Source: an uncultured Acidobacteriota bacterium
Lineage (GTDB): Bacteria; Acidobacteriota; Blastocatellia; RBC074
DNA length: 64,000 nt
NCBI GenBank assembly: GCA_963743045.1
Contig: CAVUOF010000002.1
Location: 6,713 to 70,712 of the forward strand
Direction: 5' to 3'
Shown: piece after piece, positions 35,856 to 50,885 of the stretch
Layout: the number at the start of each line of letters is the position of its first letter
Numbering within the stretch: position 1 is the stretch's first letter
Translations under genes and position numbers: made by a program
Notes under the pieces: model-generated
Databases searched by the model: none
The model's input: the letters and a program-made list of their open reading frames with translations, nothing else
Told to the model about the DNA's origin: nothing

Positions 35856-36600
35856 TGAGTGACGAGGCATTCCAGCTGCGAAGCCTCTCGAGTGCCTGGT
35901 AGTCCGTCAGATCAGTACGCAGAGGAGTGATTGAGACGAGCCCCTCCTCGATCGCAGCATAGTCGCTTCCCTCACCGGCCTTACCCGAAATCTCCTGCTG
36001 CCCGATCCAGTAGTAGGGCCATCCGCGCGGATCGACACCTTCGACGATCGCCGTTCGCGCCACCTTGATTCCCTGGCGCGTCAGTCGAACGCCGCGAATC
36101 TCGCCCACGGGAATGTTGACATTCAGAATTGTGCCTTCGGGCATACCGGCTTCGAGAACATCTCTTGTGAGAGTGGCGGCAAAGGCCGCAGCATGCTCAA
36201 ATTCAAAGCCGCTGCGTGTGGCAAGGCTGACCGCTATGCCGGGAAGGTTGAAGAACGAAGCCTCGAGTGCCCCTGCAACTGTTCCGGAGTAGGTAACATC
36301 GTCACCGAGATTGCCGCCATAGTTGATGCCTGAGACCACAATTTGCGGTGGGTTATCCACCATGATCTTGGTTAAGGCGAGCGTCACGCAGTCGGTAGGA
36401 GTACCATCGATAGAGTAATGATGATCATCAATTCTGCGAATGCGAAGAGGCCTGCTCAGAGTCAGCGAGTGGGCCGCCGCGCTTTGTTCAGAAGACGGCG
36501 CCACAACCATAACCTCCCCAATGGCTTCGAGCGCCTTGGCAAGCGAGCTGAGCCCTTTTGAAAAGACGCCATCATCGTTCGTGACCAAAATTCTCGTCAT
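35833..36600 (-). CDS. surE: 5'/3'-nucleotidase SurE
   Basis: ILVTNDDG, GTPTDCV, VSGINYGGNLG, YSGTVAGA. Confidence 0.97.
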   Translation of the reverse strand: MTRILVTNDDGVFSKGLSSLAKALEAIGEVMVVAPSSEQSAAAHSLTLSRPLRIRRIDDHHYSIDGTPTDCVTLALTKIMVDNPPQIVVSGINYGGNLGDDVTYSGTVAGALEASFFNLPGIAVSLATRSGFEFEHAAAFAATLTRDVLEAGMPEGTILNVNIPVGEIRGVRLTRQGIKVARTAIVEGVDPRGWPYYWIGQQEISGKAGEGSDYAAIEEGLVSITPLRTDLTDYQALERLRSWNASSLNGRPTAK

Positions 36601-36681
36601 ATGATCATCATCCCTTATAGGCATTGGCTTAGCAAGACGCCTCGCCGAGAATAATGGACGCGCTTCCTGCATCTGATCACT

Positions 36682-37449
36682 ATGCAATTCAAGGACTATT
36701 CAGATCTACATGAACTCGAAGACACCTACTGGTGGTTCGTCGGCATGCGCCGCATTACAGAGTCTCTACTCGAACCCCTGAGTTCGGAGTTGAGCGGCCA
36801 TCTCATCCTTGACGCGGGATGCGGCACAGGGGCGAATCTTGAGTTCCTCGCTCAACAGGCGGGAACAAACGGCAGGGTGATCGGGACGGACATCTCGCAA
36901 ACTGCACTCGCATTCTGCCGGCAGCGAGGACACGGCGAGCTTGTCGAGGCTTCAATTGATTCATTGCCCTTCCGAAGCGATCAGTTCGATCTGGTGACAT
37001 CCTTCGATGTCCTCGTTCAACTCGAAGGTGAGGACGCCGATCTCAAGGCCATGCGGGAGCTCCATCGGATTCTAAAGCCCGGAGGCTTGCTCTTCGTGCG
37101 TGTCGCGGCGAACCGGTGGATGTATGGATCTCACGACCGTGCGCTGGGTTCAGCCCGCCGATATGGTCTCGGCGAGCTTTGCACAAAACTCGAGACGTCA
37201 GGGTTTGAAATCCTCCGCTCGACCTATGCAAACACACTCCTCTTTCCGCTGGTTATCGTGCGACGACTACTACTGCAGCCAATTGGCATTGTCGATAACG
37301 GCTCGGACGTGAGGCCGCTGCCTTCCGGCCTCTCGTGGCTGAATGCATTGTTGACGCGGACTCTCGAGCTCGAGGCAAGCCTCGTGAGGCGAGGCTCTTT
37401 GCCGGCCGGGCTCTCAGCCATCTGCGTTGCGAAGAAGCCCCGGACTTAG
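36682..37449 (+). CDS. Class I SAM-dependent methyltransferase
   Basis: EDTYWWF, ILDAGCGTG, LPFRSDQFD. Confidence 0.9.
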   Translation: MQFKDYSDLHELEDTYWWFVGMRRITESLLEPLSSELSGHLILDAGCGTGANLEFLAQQAGTNGRVIGTDISQTALAFCRQRGHGELVEASIDSLPFRSDQFDLVTSFDVLVQLEGEDADLKAMRELHRILKPGGLLFVRVAANRWMYGSHDRALGSARRYGLGELCTKLETSGFEILRSTYANTLLFPLVIVRRLLLQPIGIVDNGSDVRPLPSGLSWLNALLTRTLELEASLVRRGSLPAGLSAICVAKKPRT

Positions 37450-37540
37450 GCCTGGTAGTAGGAGTCCAATGTTGACAGGCTCGCCTCCATTCAAAGGAAA
37501 ACCGCACAAAAGCACATCGGGCCCACAGGAAGCGATTCGC

Positions 37541-37650
37541 AGTGCGGCGACTTTCGCCCTTTATAGTTACCTATTGAGAGTCTGTAGAAGAGGGTGCCCT
37601 GGCTCATTGCAGCGCTGGTAACTAAGCGGCGACAAGTCGCCGCACTCCAA
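37541..37650. repeat. Degenerate family B palindrome
   Basis: AGTGCGGCGACTTTCGCCCTTT...AAGCGGCGACAAGTCGCCGCACTCCA. Confidence 0.8.
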
Positions 37651-37666
37651 ATTGCATCCTTGATTG

Positions 37667-38757
37667 CTATTCGAAACTCGACGACTGCGCGGGCAACCAT
37701 CGTCACCTCTGCGTCAGTCAGCTGGGGATAGAGTGGTATAGAAAGTATCTGATTCACCAGCTGCTCAGCGTTTGGCATCGGCTGCTGTCCTGCGCGCTCG
37801 AAAAGAGGCTGCTGATGCAGCAGGTAGGGATAGTGGATCGCCGTCTCAATTCCCTTCGCCTCGAGGTGAGACTTGAGTTTGTCACGCGCATGGCTCCGCA
37901 CAACGTAGAGATGGTGGACATGGCTCCCATGCGGTGAGCGCCGCTGTGGCGTTGCCCAGAAGCTCGTCGTACATTCCTGCTATCCGACGACGTGCATCAT
38001 TCCACGTATCAAGACGAGGCAATTTTGCTCTCAGGATTGCGGCCTGAAGTTCGTCCAGCCGGCTGTTGCGACCGGGTACAGCACCTTTTAAGCCTGCCAA
38101 ATGGCCACCCTGCCGAAGAAGCCTCGCACGCTCCAAAAGGCCTTCGTCGTTGGAGACGATGATTCCACCATCACCAAACGCGCCGAGATTCTTGGTTGGA
38201 TAGAAACTGAAGGCTCCGGCCAACGATAACGAGCCCGATCGCTTTCCATCAAGCATCGCCCCGTGTGCCTGGGCTGCGTCCTCCATGACGACCAGGCCAT
38301 GACGAGCGGCGATCGCGTTGATTGACGCCATGTCGGCCATTCGCCCATAGAGATGGACGGGCAAAATGGCTCGCGTCCTGGAAGAAATGGCCCGTTCCAG
38401 CGTTTCGGGATTGAGGGTGCAGGTCTCGGGATCGATGTCTGCGAAGACCGGGACCGCGCCTGCATTGACGATGGCGAGCGCCGTGTACCCCGCCGTCAAC
38501 GGAGATGTGATGACCTCGTCGCCCTGGCCCGGCCGCACGGCTTGCGATGCGAGGAGCGAGAGCGTAATGGCGTCTGTTCCACTGGCCACACCAACGGCGC
38601 CGAGTGTGCCGCAGTAGGCGGCCCATTCCCTCTCAAAGGCCTCCACCTCAGGGCCGAGGATAAAGTTGCCGCGCGTTAGTACCTTCGACGTTGCGTTGAG
38701 GACAGCGCTGCTCGTCTCAAGAGCCTGCCGGCGTAAGTCCAGAAATGGAATCTTCAC
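37667..38757 (-). CDS. DegT/DnrJ/EryC1/StrS PLP-dependent sugar aminotransferase, frameshifted
   Basis: IPFLDL, VASGTDA, PVHLYG, EDAAQAHG, SFYPTKNLGAFGDGG, NSRLDELQAA. 3' end approximate. Confidence 0.93.
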
Positions 38758-39761
38758 AGGGGTTCCAGTAATGGTCCCGATGCTTCTCGAAGAAGGCGAT
38801 GGTCCCCGCAAGCCCGGCCTTCAGCCCAATTCGGGGCCTCCAGCCAAGCGTCTGTTCGATCTTGCGATAGGATGAATAGAAGTTTCCGATTTCGATGAGC
38901 TGCCTCTCCGGCGGAAAAGGAACAGCCCGCAGAGATCCGCGGCCGGTGAGCGAAATCAACTGCGTTGCCAGTTCGGCAAGACTCACCGGCTCATCGCCCC
39001 CGAGATTGAATATTTCTCCCTCAGCCGCTTCGTCGGCACCGGCAAGAAGCAACGCCTCGATGACGTCATCTATGTGATTGAGGTCACGCCGTTGTCGACC
39101 GTCGCCAAACAACTCGATCACGTCCCCATCGATCGCCTTCCGGATGAACCAGGCAATAAAACTCTGGCGATCGTGTGAAAGCAGCTGGCGTGGGCCGTAG
39201 ACGTTGGTCAATCGCAGGCATACGGACCGAATGCCGTAAATCCGATTGAAGAGCAGATGGTAATTCTCAGCCGTCGAGTGCATGCACTCCATTGATATCG
39301 GGCGGAGCTACGCGATGATCTTCGTCGACGGGAAGGTAGATGGGTTTGCCATATACCTGCCGGGTGCTTGTGTAGACGATCTTGGCGTGCGGATTGAATT
39401 GCCTGCAGGCTTCCAGCAGGGTCAACTGTGCCGCACAATTGATCTCAAGATCACGGTGCGGCGTGGTCATCGAGTCGAGATGACTCGTGCTTCCGGCGAG
39501 ATTGAAGATGTAGTCGACACCGCAGACTGCGTGATTGATCACGGAATCATTGCCGATGTCAGCGATGATCACGTTGATCCGATCTCGAATGCCCTCGATG
39601 TTGTAGAGATTCCCGCCCTGACCCGGATAGAGGGCATCGACAACCGTGACCTCGACATTGCCTGCTTCAACAAACCGGTGTGCAAGGTTGCTGCCGATAA
39701 ATCCGAGGCCGCCGGTGATCAGCACGGAGCGGCCTTCATACGCGCTATGGTGTTTGAACAT
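38717..39761 (-). CDS. NAD-dependent sugar epimerase/dehydratase, frameshift near 39285
   Basis: LITGGLGFIGSN, IFNLAG, STRQVYG, LRLTNVYGPR, GDGRQRRD. Confidence 0.92.
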
Positions 39762-39788
39762 GCTAAATGAGCCCGCGGATTGAGGCTG

Positions 39789-40557
39789 TCACTCTCCAGG
39801 GGTCTCGACGGGCAGGTCACGCCGGCGAACTGAGGCGGGCGACAAGCTGGGCCGGACTACCAGCCTAAGCCATAGGACGCCCAGATCAAAGACTGTCCGT
39901 GCAACTCGCGGGATGGTAAAGAACTGAGATTGACCGTAACGCCGCGAATAATGATGGACCGGCACCTCAGCGAAGACGCAGCCGGCAGTCTTCAGTTTTC
40001 GAACAAGCTCCGCGCAGACAACGCCGCTGGATGAGGTCAGTTCAATCTGATCGAGGGCTCGTCGCCTGATCAGTCGAAAGTCGCAATCGACATCTCGGAT
40101 CGGAAGACCGAAAAACAACCGAGCGACTCGATTATAGATTGCGCCGAGAATGACGCGCGAGGAGCTGTCGGACCGGCGGATCTTATAACCATTGACCACA
40201 TCAACCTGGTCCTTAAGATGCTCGACCAGCAATGCCAGTTCACGGACATCATACTGACCGTCGCCGTCGGTATAAAAGACGAGGTCCTTTGTCGCGGCAC
40301 CGAAGCCGGACCGCAAGGCAGCGCCATAACCGCGATTGACAGGATGATGGATCACAGTCAATCGAGGCACTGTGCTCCTGAGCTTGTCGAGGAGTTCGCC
40401 GGTTCGGTCCTGGCTGCCGTCGTTGACGGCAATTACCTCGTAGTCGTCAGTCAGTGTGGGCAGGAGCGCCATCGCTTCGGCGATCAGTGTCGCAATGCTC
40501 TGCTCGTCGTTGAAAGCAGGAAAGAAGACGCTAATACTGGGTGGTGCGCGCAGCCAT
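39789..40557 (-). CDS. Family 2 glycosyltransferase (polyprenol-phosphate type)
   Basis: SVFFPAFND, VNDGSQD, NRGYGAA, YTDGDGQY, DVDCDFRL. Start region frameshifted. Confidence 0.9.
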
Positions 40558-40681
40558 TTTCATATGAAGCGAGCTCCAAGGCCTAGTCCGTTGAAGTTTA
40601 TGCAACCCAGGCAGCGCGTCCGGATTGAGGGCTCAAAGGATGGGAGTATAACACGTTCCGGAAATGAGCCAAAGCTAACTG

Positions 40682-40853
40682 CGTAGGGTCGCGCGGTCCA
40701 AGGGGGCGGTCGTTGGGGGCGGTCGTAGGGGCGGCTCGTGAGCCGCCCTGTTTTGCGGATCGGACGTTTGGGGGCGGCTCGCGAGCCGCCCCTACGACCG
40801 CCCCTACGATCGCCCTCTTTGCGGATCCCGGCATTTTGGGCCGCCCCTACCAC
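40682..40853. repeat. GTAG-type REP cluster, family C variant
   Basis: GTAGGGGCGGCTCGTGAGCCGCCC...GGGCGGCTCGCGAGCCGCCCCTAC with tandem CGCCCCTAC copies. Confidence 0.9.
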
Positions 40854-40859
40854 CGTCCC

Positions 40860-44594
<3,735 letters not shown>

Positions 44595-44595
44595 C

Positions 44596-46437
44596 TCATT
44601 TCAGGATTTCGAAGACCTCGAGCGCATGCGGAATCTTTCCGAAGGGCGCTGAGACCTGGACGCCCTGAACATACGGACGGACCTCGGCGAGCAGCTCCTG
44701 CGCAATCCGAACACCCTCTTTGAGCGCGGCTGCCCCGTCCTGGGCCTGCCGCATCCGTTCGACGACCTGAGAAGGCACCGATACGCCGGGCACTTCGTTA
44801 TTGAGAAACTCGGCATTGCGGAAGCTGGTCAAAGGCCAGATACCAGGGATTATCGGAATTCGACAGTGCTCAATACGCTTCAGAAAATTCTTCAATTGCT
44901 GAGCGTCGAAGACCGGCTGAGTAATCGCGAATTCAGCGCCCGCTTCAACCTTCCATTCGAATCTGCGGATCTCATGATCGAGATCGATGGCTCCCGGATT
45001 GACACCCACTCCGATAAAGAAGGCCGTCGGCCGGCCGATCGGATTCCCGCCAGGATCGAGACCATGGTTCAACCTGTTGACCATGTTGGTGAGCCCTATA
45101 GCATCAATGTCAAAAACCGCTGTCGCGTCCGGATAGGGTCCCATCTTGGGCGGATCGCCGGTAATCAACAGGAAGTTGCGCAGACCGAGGGCGGCCGCCC
45201 CCAGAAGATCGGACTGCATGCCCAGCAGGTTGCGATCGCGACAGCAGTAGTGGGTGACAGCTTCGATGCCGACCTGTTGTTCAATGATCAACGAGACGGC
45301 AAGTGCTCCCATACGCGTCTGAGCGCGAGGGCCATCAGGCACGTTGACGGCATCTATACCCGCCTCTTTCAGCTGGCGCACCCCTTCGAGCATCTTCGAT
45401 GCGTCGCATCCCTTGGGTGGGACGATCTCGACGCTCGTCACGAAGGCTCCGCGTGAAACTTTCTCGGCCAGCCTGGAGCGTTCCGCCAGTGGAACGGCGG
45501 CGACCTGCGAAGCCTGCTCTTCAACGCTGATTGCGCGCACGGCGCGGCGCCCCGGACTGAGCGCCCGCACGGCATCAGATATGAGCTTGATGTGTTCAGG
45601 CGTCGTGCCGCAGCATCCGCCGACCAGCTTCACTCCGGAATTGATCAGCCGCTTTGCATACTTGGCCATGTACTCGGGAGAGCACATGTACATCTGGCGG
45701 CCCTGGACATCGCGCGGCATACCCGCGTTCGGCTGAGCCGAAAGTTTGCGAGACGTATGCTGCCGCATCTTCTCGATGGCTTCGAGAATCGTCTGTGGGC
45801 CGACGGAGCAATTGAGCCCGATGACGTCAGCTCCCCACTGATCCAGCCGTGGGGTGAAGACCTCGGGCGAGGTTCCAAACGCGGTCGAGCCCTGGTCGCT
45901 GATGGTCATCTGCGCAATCACCACGGCATCACAGAGCTCGCGCACGGCCCGAATCGCTTCGTGCATTTCGGCCAGATCGTGAAAGGTTTCGAGAATGAAG
46001 CAATCGACCCCACTCTCCAGAAGGACCTGAGCCTGTTCCCGGAAGAGAGCGCGCGCTTCGTCAACGGAGGTCGGTCCGTAAGGCTCGATACGGAGCCCAA
46101 GAGGTGAAATTGCTCCGGCAATGAAGACGTCGTGGTGTGAAGATTCGGCTGCCTTCCGCGCCAGACGGACCGCAGCCGAATTGATCTCCGCCAGCTTGTC
46201 GTCAAGTCCCTGCCGGGCCAGTTTCGGCCGCGAGGCGCCGTAGGTGTTGGTTTCGAGAATCTCGGCGCCTGCCTTGACGTACTCTCGATGAACGCCGAGC
46301 ACGACCTCGGGACTGGAAACGTTCAGCTCGTCGTAACTACGGTTAATATAGATGCCCTTTGAATAGAGCATCGTGCCCATAGCGCCATCAAAGATGCGCA
46401 CCCGGTCTTCCTGAACAAACTGCCGAAAATCGCTCAT
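44596..46437 (-). CDS. yitJ: Bifunctional homocysteine S-methyltransferase / methylenetetrahydrofolate reductase
   Basis: N-terminal DGAMGT...GLNC...GGCCGTTP; C-terminal [26 protein letters not shown]. Confidence 0.93.
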   Translation of the reverse strand: MSDFRQFVQEDRVRIFDGAMGTMLYSKGIYINRSYDELNVSSPEVVLGVHREYVKAGAEILETNTYGASRPKLARQGLDDKLAEINSAAVRLARKAAESSHHDVFIAGAISPLGLRIEPYGPTSVDEARALFREQAQVLLESGVDCFILETFHDLAEMHEAIRAVRELCDAVVIAQMTISDQGSTAFGTSPEVFTPRLDQWGADVIGLNCSVGPQTILEAIEKMRQHTSRKLSAQPNAGMPRDVQGRQMYMCSPEYMAKYAKRLINSGVKLVGGCCGTTPEHIKLISDAVRALSPGRRAVRAISVEEQASQVAAVPLAERSRLAEKVSRGAFVTSVEIVPPKGCDASKMLEGVRQLKEAGIDAVNVPDGPRAQTRMGALAVSLIIEQQVGIEAVTHYCCRDRNLLGMQSDLLGAAALGLRNFLLITGDPPKMGPYPDATAVFDIDAIGLTNMVNRLNHGLDPGGNPIGRPTAFFIGVGVNPGAIDLDHEIRRFEWKVEAGAEFAITQPVFDAQQLKNFLKRIEHCRIPIIPGIWPLTSFRNAEFLNNEVPGVSVPSQVVERMRQAQDGAAALKEGVRIAQELLAEVRPYVQGVQVSAPFGKIPHALEVFEILK

Positions 46438-46472
46438 AAACTAAAAGGCCCCGCGTTTAATAACGCGAGGCC
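46438..46472 (-). terminator. Intrinsic terminator-like hairpin in the yitJ-metH leader
   Basis: Minus strand GGCCUCGCGUU-AUUA-AACGCGGGGCC-UUUUAGUUU immediately before the AUG. Confidence 0.7.
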
Positions 46473-46502
46473 GCTTTTCTTGTCCACCAATGCCGCTCGA
46501 GG

Positions 46503-46550
46503 CTCTTTAGCAGTTTTTTAGGTGGAGCAATTCGCCAGAAATCGCCACGC
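46503..46550 (-). ncRNA. SAM-II-like riboswitch aptamer
   Basis: GUGG-CGAUUU...UUGC-U-CCAC-CUAAAAAACU-GCUAAAG carries the SAM-II hallmarks (P1 GUGG/CCAC, GAUUU, UUGC, GCUAAA) upstream of methionine synthesis genes. P2 pairing is imperfect by eye. Confidence 0.75.
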
Positions 46551-46567
46551 GTCAGTTGTCAAACTAG

Positions 46568-46597
46568 AATCTAGCGCCCGAGTCCTTTATCTGTCAA
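46568..46597 (-). promoter_or_regulatory. Candidate sigma-70 promoter for yitJ-metH
   Basis: TTGACA-18 nt-TAGATT on the minus strand, just upstream of the aptamer. Confidence 0.55.
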
Positions 46598-46617
46598 GCA
46601 GTTTGGAGATAGCGACC

Positions 46618-46732
46618 CTGGGGAGAGGATAGCCACAAAGAAGCACAAAAGTCACAAAAAGGATTCGTTGGTGTTCCCCCTTTATCTTTACTTTTGTGAC
46701 TTTTGTGCTTCTTTGTGGCTATCCTCTCCCAG
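46618..46732. repeat. Complete family A palindrome
   Basis: CTGGGGAGAGGATAGCCACAAAGAAGCACAAAAGTCACAAAA...TTTTGTGACTTTTGTGCTTCTTTGTGGCTATCCTCTCCCAG. Confidence 0.92.
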
Positions 46733-46800
46733 GGCCGCCGCATTCCAAATTGCTCATGCGGCTGCTTGACCAGCCTCTGAGAATTCGGGAGACTTCAGAT

Positions 46801-48490
46801 ATGGCTCAGAAGAAGACGTACGATGCGATCATCGTTGGTTCGGGCGCCGCCGGCGGCGTAGCCGCTCAGGTCCTGGTGGGCAAAGGCCTCAATGTTCTCC
46901 TCCTCGAAATCGGACCGAAATGGGTTCCGGCGACTGACTTCTCAACCTCACACAAATGGCCGTACGAGATGCCATACAGAGGGCTGGGAAAGCCCGGCCA
47001 ATACGACGGTTTGTGGAAGGTCGACGCCTACACCGAGCACTTGTATCTCAATCCGCGTGTCGACCGCTACGCTGTCGCGCCCGGAACCGACTTCCATTGG
47101 ACGCGCATCCACGCAGTCGGCGGCAGGACTATCACCTGGGGGCGCGTCAGCCTGCGTTTCTCGGAATCTGACTTTAAGCCACGATCTCTGCAGGACGGTG
47201 AGGGCGCCGACTGGCCGATCGGATACAAGGAAATGGCGCCCTATTATGAACGGGCCGAACGGTTGATGGGAGTGTACGGGACAGCCGATAGCCTCCCGAA
47301 TCTTCCCGACGGCATCTACCTGCCGCCTCCGGCTCTGCGCTGTGGAGAGGTACTGCTCAAGAACGGCTGCCGCAAGCTTGGGATTCCAGCCATAGCCAAC
47401 CGAAAGGCCGTGTTGACCCGGAACTACGACGGACATGCGGCCTGCCACTATTGCGGCGAATGCGGCCGCGGCTGCGACACTTCCTCTCGTTTCAGCACCC
47501 TGGAAATGATCATTCCAAAGCTCGAGAGCGCTTCCAACTTCACCCTTCGCACTCACGCCGCAGTGCATCGCGTGCTGCTGGATTCGAGGACCAATCGAGC
47601 GCGCGGCATTGCATTTATCGATACTACAAATGGGCAGGAGTACGAGGTAGAAGGCAGGGTCATCCTTCTCGGCGCCGGATCAATGGAGTCGACGCGTATC
47701 CTCCTCAATTCGAAGACGCGCGAGCATCCAAATGGTCTCGCAAACGCATCGGGTGTTCTCGGCCACTACCTGATGGACAGCGTCAAGTCAGGGTTTGTCT
47801 CCGGCTGCCTGCCGCTGCTTCGGGGATCGGCCATCACAAACGATGACGGTGCCGGCGGAGGCCATATCCATATCCCGCGGCACACCAACCTGCCGGGAAT
47901 GCGCAAGGTGGCGGCGCTGCGGGGCTGGCAATTCCAGCCCAATAGCGGCTCGCGCATCTTTCCGGAATACGCGGATCACGTGGAAGGATTCGGATCGGCG
48001 CTCAAGAAACGACTCCGCGAGCAGAATCCGGGGATGATTTCGATGGCCGGATTCGGCGAGTCTCTCCCTGAGTTCAGCAACTTTTGCGAGATCGATCCTG
48101 GCGGTCTTAAGGACCGTTACGGGATTCCTCAGTTGAGGTTCAACTGCAAGTGGGGAGAAAACGAGCTTAAAATGGCCGACCTCATGTATGACTCGGCCGA
48201 GGAGATGCTGCGCGCAGCAGGTGCCGAGATCATGCCTTACAAACGCCACGTGCCTCCGCCTCACGGCGATTCGACTCATGAGGTGGGCACCGCTCGCATG
48301 GGAGATGATTCGAGGACGTCTGTGTTGAACAGGTTCAATCAGGCGCACGATGTAAAGAATCTGTTCGTCGTCGATGGAGCGTCGTTCGTCTCCGCGACTG
48401 AGAAGAATTGCACGCTGACGAGTCATGGCGCTGGCATGGAGAAGCTGCGACTACCTTGCTGATGAACTGAAGAAAGGTGCGCTCGGGTAG
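46801..48490 (+). CDS. GMC family FAD oxidoreductase (sugar/glycoside dehydrogenase-like), frameshift near 48420
   Basis: [50 protein letters not shown]. Confidence 0.92.
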
Positions 48491-48685
48491 CCTGGGACCG
48501 TACGAAGCGAAAAGAAAACAAGGAGCACGCGAGAGCGTGCGGCCCCACGAGGCAGCAGCAGCGTCTCGTGAAGGGCATCCTGCATTCGTCTGCGAGGCTG
48601 GTCATCGATAACTGTGACAGCCTGGGGCCACACGCATCCCGCGTGCTCTTACTCGCGCGATGAGCCCCTGCGGCATGATTTCTGC

Positions 48686-49307
48686 TTATTCCCTGACGTA
48701 ACGCATCGGTTTGTCGGCATTCCAATAGCGAAGGATCAAATCCTTGCCATCTATCGCAAGGCGCTCATCTCGAAATCGCACCTGCGTAATCGCCTCTCCG
48801 TTGATTTCGAACGAGAAGTCATTGTGAGCAGGGTTGATTTCGAACGGCCCCGCCTCGGTTCCATAGACCGGAATTCGAAGGACCACGCTGCGCCCCTCCC
48901 GCGACTCGAAGAGAGCCGTTCCCTCTCCACTCGTACGCGCCGATTGCTCGCCCGATGCGGTGCGCAGAACCACCTCGATATGCTCAACCGGCCGGCCATT
49001 CGCATTCTTGATTCGGACTCGAGTTCCCGATTCGCTCGTTGAAGAGCTGCCTGTTAAGCGGAATGGAGGCTGATCCTGACCGGGGGTAGTCAGGACGACC
49101 GTGTTCTGCAGGTGCTTCCAGGTTCCCTTAGACCAATAGTCGGCCGCCCCGTAGCTCAGGTAGTACTCGAAGCTCCCATCCGGCTTCGAGCATGAGCTCC
49201 GATCCTACCTCCATGACCCCGCGGAGCGCATAGCGACCGGCAACGGCGTCTGGGCGTTCTTGAGCGAAACTTAAAGAAAGTATGACGAGCAGTAGGCTGG
49301 GGATCAT
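48686..49307 (-). CDS. Hypothetical exported protein, frameshifted; N-terminus missing from the ORF track
   Basis: MIPSLLLVILSLSFAQE signal peptide, GRYALRGVMEVGSEL...KPDGSFEYYLSYGAADYWSKGTW, continuing into ORF 48686..48973. Confidence 0.6.
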
Positions 49308-49324
49308 AAGAATTGGCTGAATTA

Positions 49325-49418
49325 TGGCGGAGACAGAAGGATTCGAACCTTCGATAGAGGTTTTAGCCCCTATAACGGTTTAGCAAACCGCCGCCTTCAG
49401 CCACTCGGCCATGTCTCC
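49325..49418 (-). tRNA. tRNA-Ser(GCT)
   Basis: GGAGACA/UGUCUCC acceptor stem, D-loop GAGUGGCUGAA, anticodon arm CGGU-UUGCUAA-ACCG, long variable arm, GGUUCGAAUCC, encoded CCA. Confidence 0.98.
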
Positions 49419-49544
49419 GCTAGCGCGTTAGTATTATCAATCGAGTCTCGGGTGTCAAGACACCCAAAAAAGAGTACAAGATAGGGCGCGACTGGCGTTC
49501 ATAAAGTGGCTAAAGCCACATTTTGCGGTAGCATCAATCCTGGA

Positions 49545-50630
49545 ATGATCAAGGCGGTAAAACCAGCAATCGCTATTCTCATCTGGGTCGCATTGGGCGC
49601 GACGCCGTCCATTGCTCGCGACTGGGAAAAGGCCATTTCGCTGTACAAGCAGGGCCAATACCGGGCTGCGATCGCCGAGTTTCAGGGGGTCACGGCCGAG
49701 TCTCCCAATCATGCCGACAGCTGGAAGTATATCGGCCTCTCATACTATCAACTCCAGGAGTATTCGCAGGCGATTGCGCCTCTCGAAAAGGCGCTCTCGC
49801 TCAAACAGGCCGAAGGCGCGAGCGATCTCGACCTGCCGGTCGCCCTCGGCAGAGTCCATATCGCTTTGAAACAGTTTGACAAGGCGCTGCCCTATCTCGA
49901 ATCGCTGACGAAGCAACGACCCAACATCGGAGCCAACTACTACGCGCTCGGGGTCGCCTATGCGGGGCTCAATCGCGTCGAGGATGCCGCAGCCGCCTTT
50001 CGGACGGCTGCCAAGCTGGACCCGAAGGATGGCGACTCGTGGTACTACCTCGGGGTCGAGCAATTTCGCTCAGGTAAACTGGACGAGGCAATAGTTTCGC
50101 TACGTACCGGCGCCGCCTCTTCACCAAAGCATGCCGAGATGCTCGGGCTGCTCGCGGAGGCTCTTCTCAGGCGTGGGGCGGTCGAAGAAAGCGAAGCCAG
50201 AGCAAAATTGCTCTTCGATGAAGCGGTCAAGGCAGCGACGACGCTGCGGGCACTCCGCGACGATTCTCCCTCGGCCGAACTTTTGGGACGAGCTTATCTG
50301 GCTGCGAAGAAGTATCCCAAGGCTGAAGAGCTCCTCGAGCGCGCACTCGCGACAACCAAGGAGCCCACACCTGTTCTCTACTTCAACCTGGGCTTCGCCG
50401 CCGCCCAGAACAAGAATTGGTCGCGCTCGGCAGATATGCTGGCACTCGCCGATAAGCTCAAGCCCGCCGATGTGAACACACTGGCCTATCTCGGCTACGT
50501 CTACGAAAACCTTCGACGCTATCCGCAAGCGCTTGACGCTTACACGCGCGCCTATGAGACCGGCGGCCGGACCAACGCCGAGTTGAAAGCAAGCATTGAC
50601 CGCGTGACACCGTTTGCCAAACCGCAATAG
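49545..50630 (+). CDS. Exported tetratricopeptide-repeat protein
   Basis: Signal peptide and repeated W/Y-x-LG-xxY...A...A...P TPR units. Confidence 0.9.
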   Translation: MIKAVKPAIAILIWVALGATPSIARDWEKAISLYKQGQYRAAIAEFQGVTAESPNHADSWKYIGLSYYQLQEYSQAIAPLEKALSLKQAEGASDLDLPVALGRVHIALKQFDKALPYLESLTKQRPNIGANYYALGVAYAGLNRVEDAAAAFRTAAKLDPKDGDSWYYLGVEQFRSGKLDEAIVSLRTGAASSPKHAEMLGLLAEALLRRGAVEESEARAKLLFDEAVKAATTLRALRDDSPSAELLGRAYLAAKKYPKAEELLERALATTKEPTPVLYFNLGFAAAQNKNWSRSADMLALADKLKPADVNTLAYLGYVYENLRRYPQALDAYTRAYETGGRTNAELKASIDRVTPFAKPQ

Positions 50631-50704
50631 CCGCGAAAGAACGCACGAAAAAACAAGCGAAGATCTTCAAACCATTTTGTGGTTGTTGTGACTCCTCTTC
50701 GAAA

Positions 50705-50885
50705 CTCTTTGTCGGACCGTAGGTCCGACCTGAAACAGCCCAGGGCGAAGCCCTGGGTGAAGTGGACGGTTGCGACCGAGCCCTGTGTAAGGGCGAATTC
50801 AGCCCGATGGGGGCTTGCGGGTGGAGGGGCCCGCCGTCCCCAGGGCTGCGCCCTGGGCTTTTACAGGTCGCGCCTTTGGCGCGAC
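50705..50885. repeat. Family E-like long inverted element
   Basis: CGACCTGAAACAGCCCAGGGCGAAGCCCTGGG...CCCAGGGCTGCGCCCTGGGCTTTTACAGGTCG. Confidence 0.85.

Noticed and set aside
40682-40853. Repeat clusters as CRISPR arrays (also 58276-58370)
   Set aside because: Units are inverted palindromes without regular unique spacers, and there are no cas genes
44596-46437. Two homocysteine methyltransferase domains in tandem (yitJ plus metH) as a novelty
   Set aside because: The YitJ-type fusion next to metH is a known arrangement that supplies MTHFR activity
49325-49418. tRNA-anchored genomic island or selenocysteine tRNA
   Set aside because: Anticodon is GCT with an ordinary 7-bp acceptor stem; no integrase or att duplication seen
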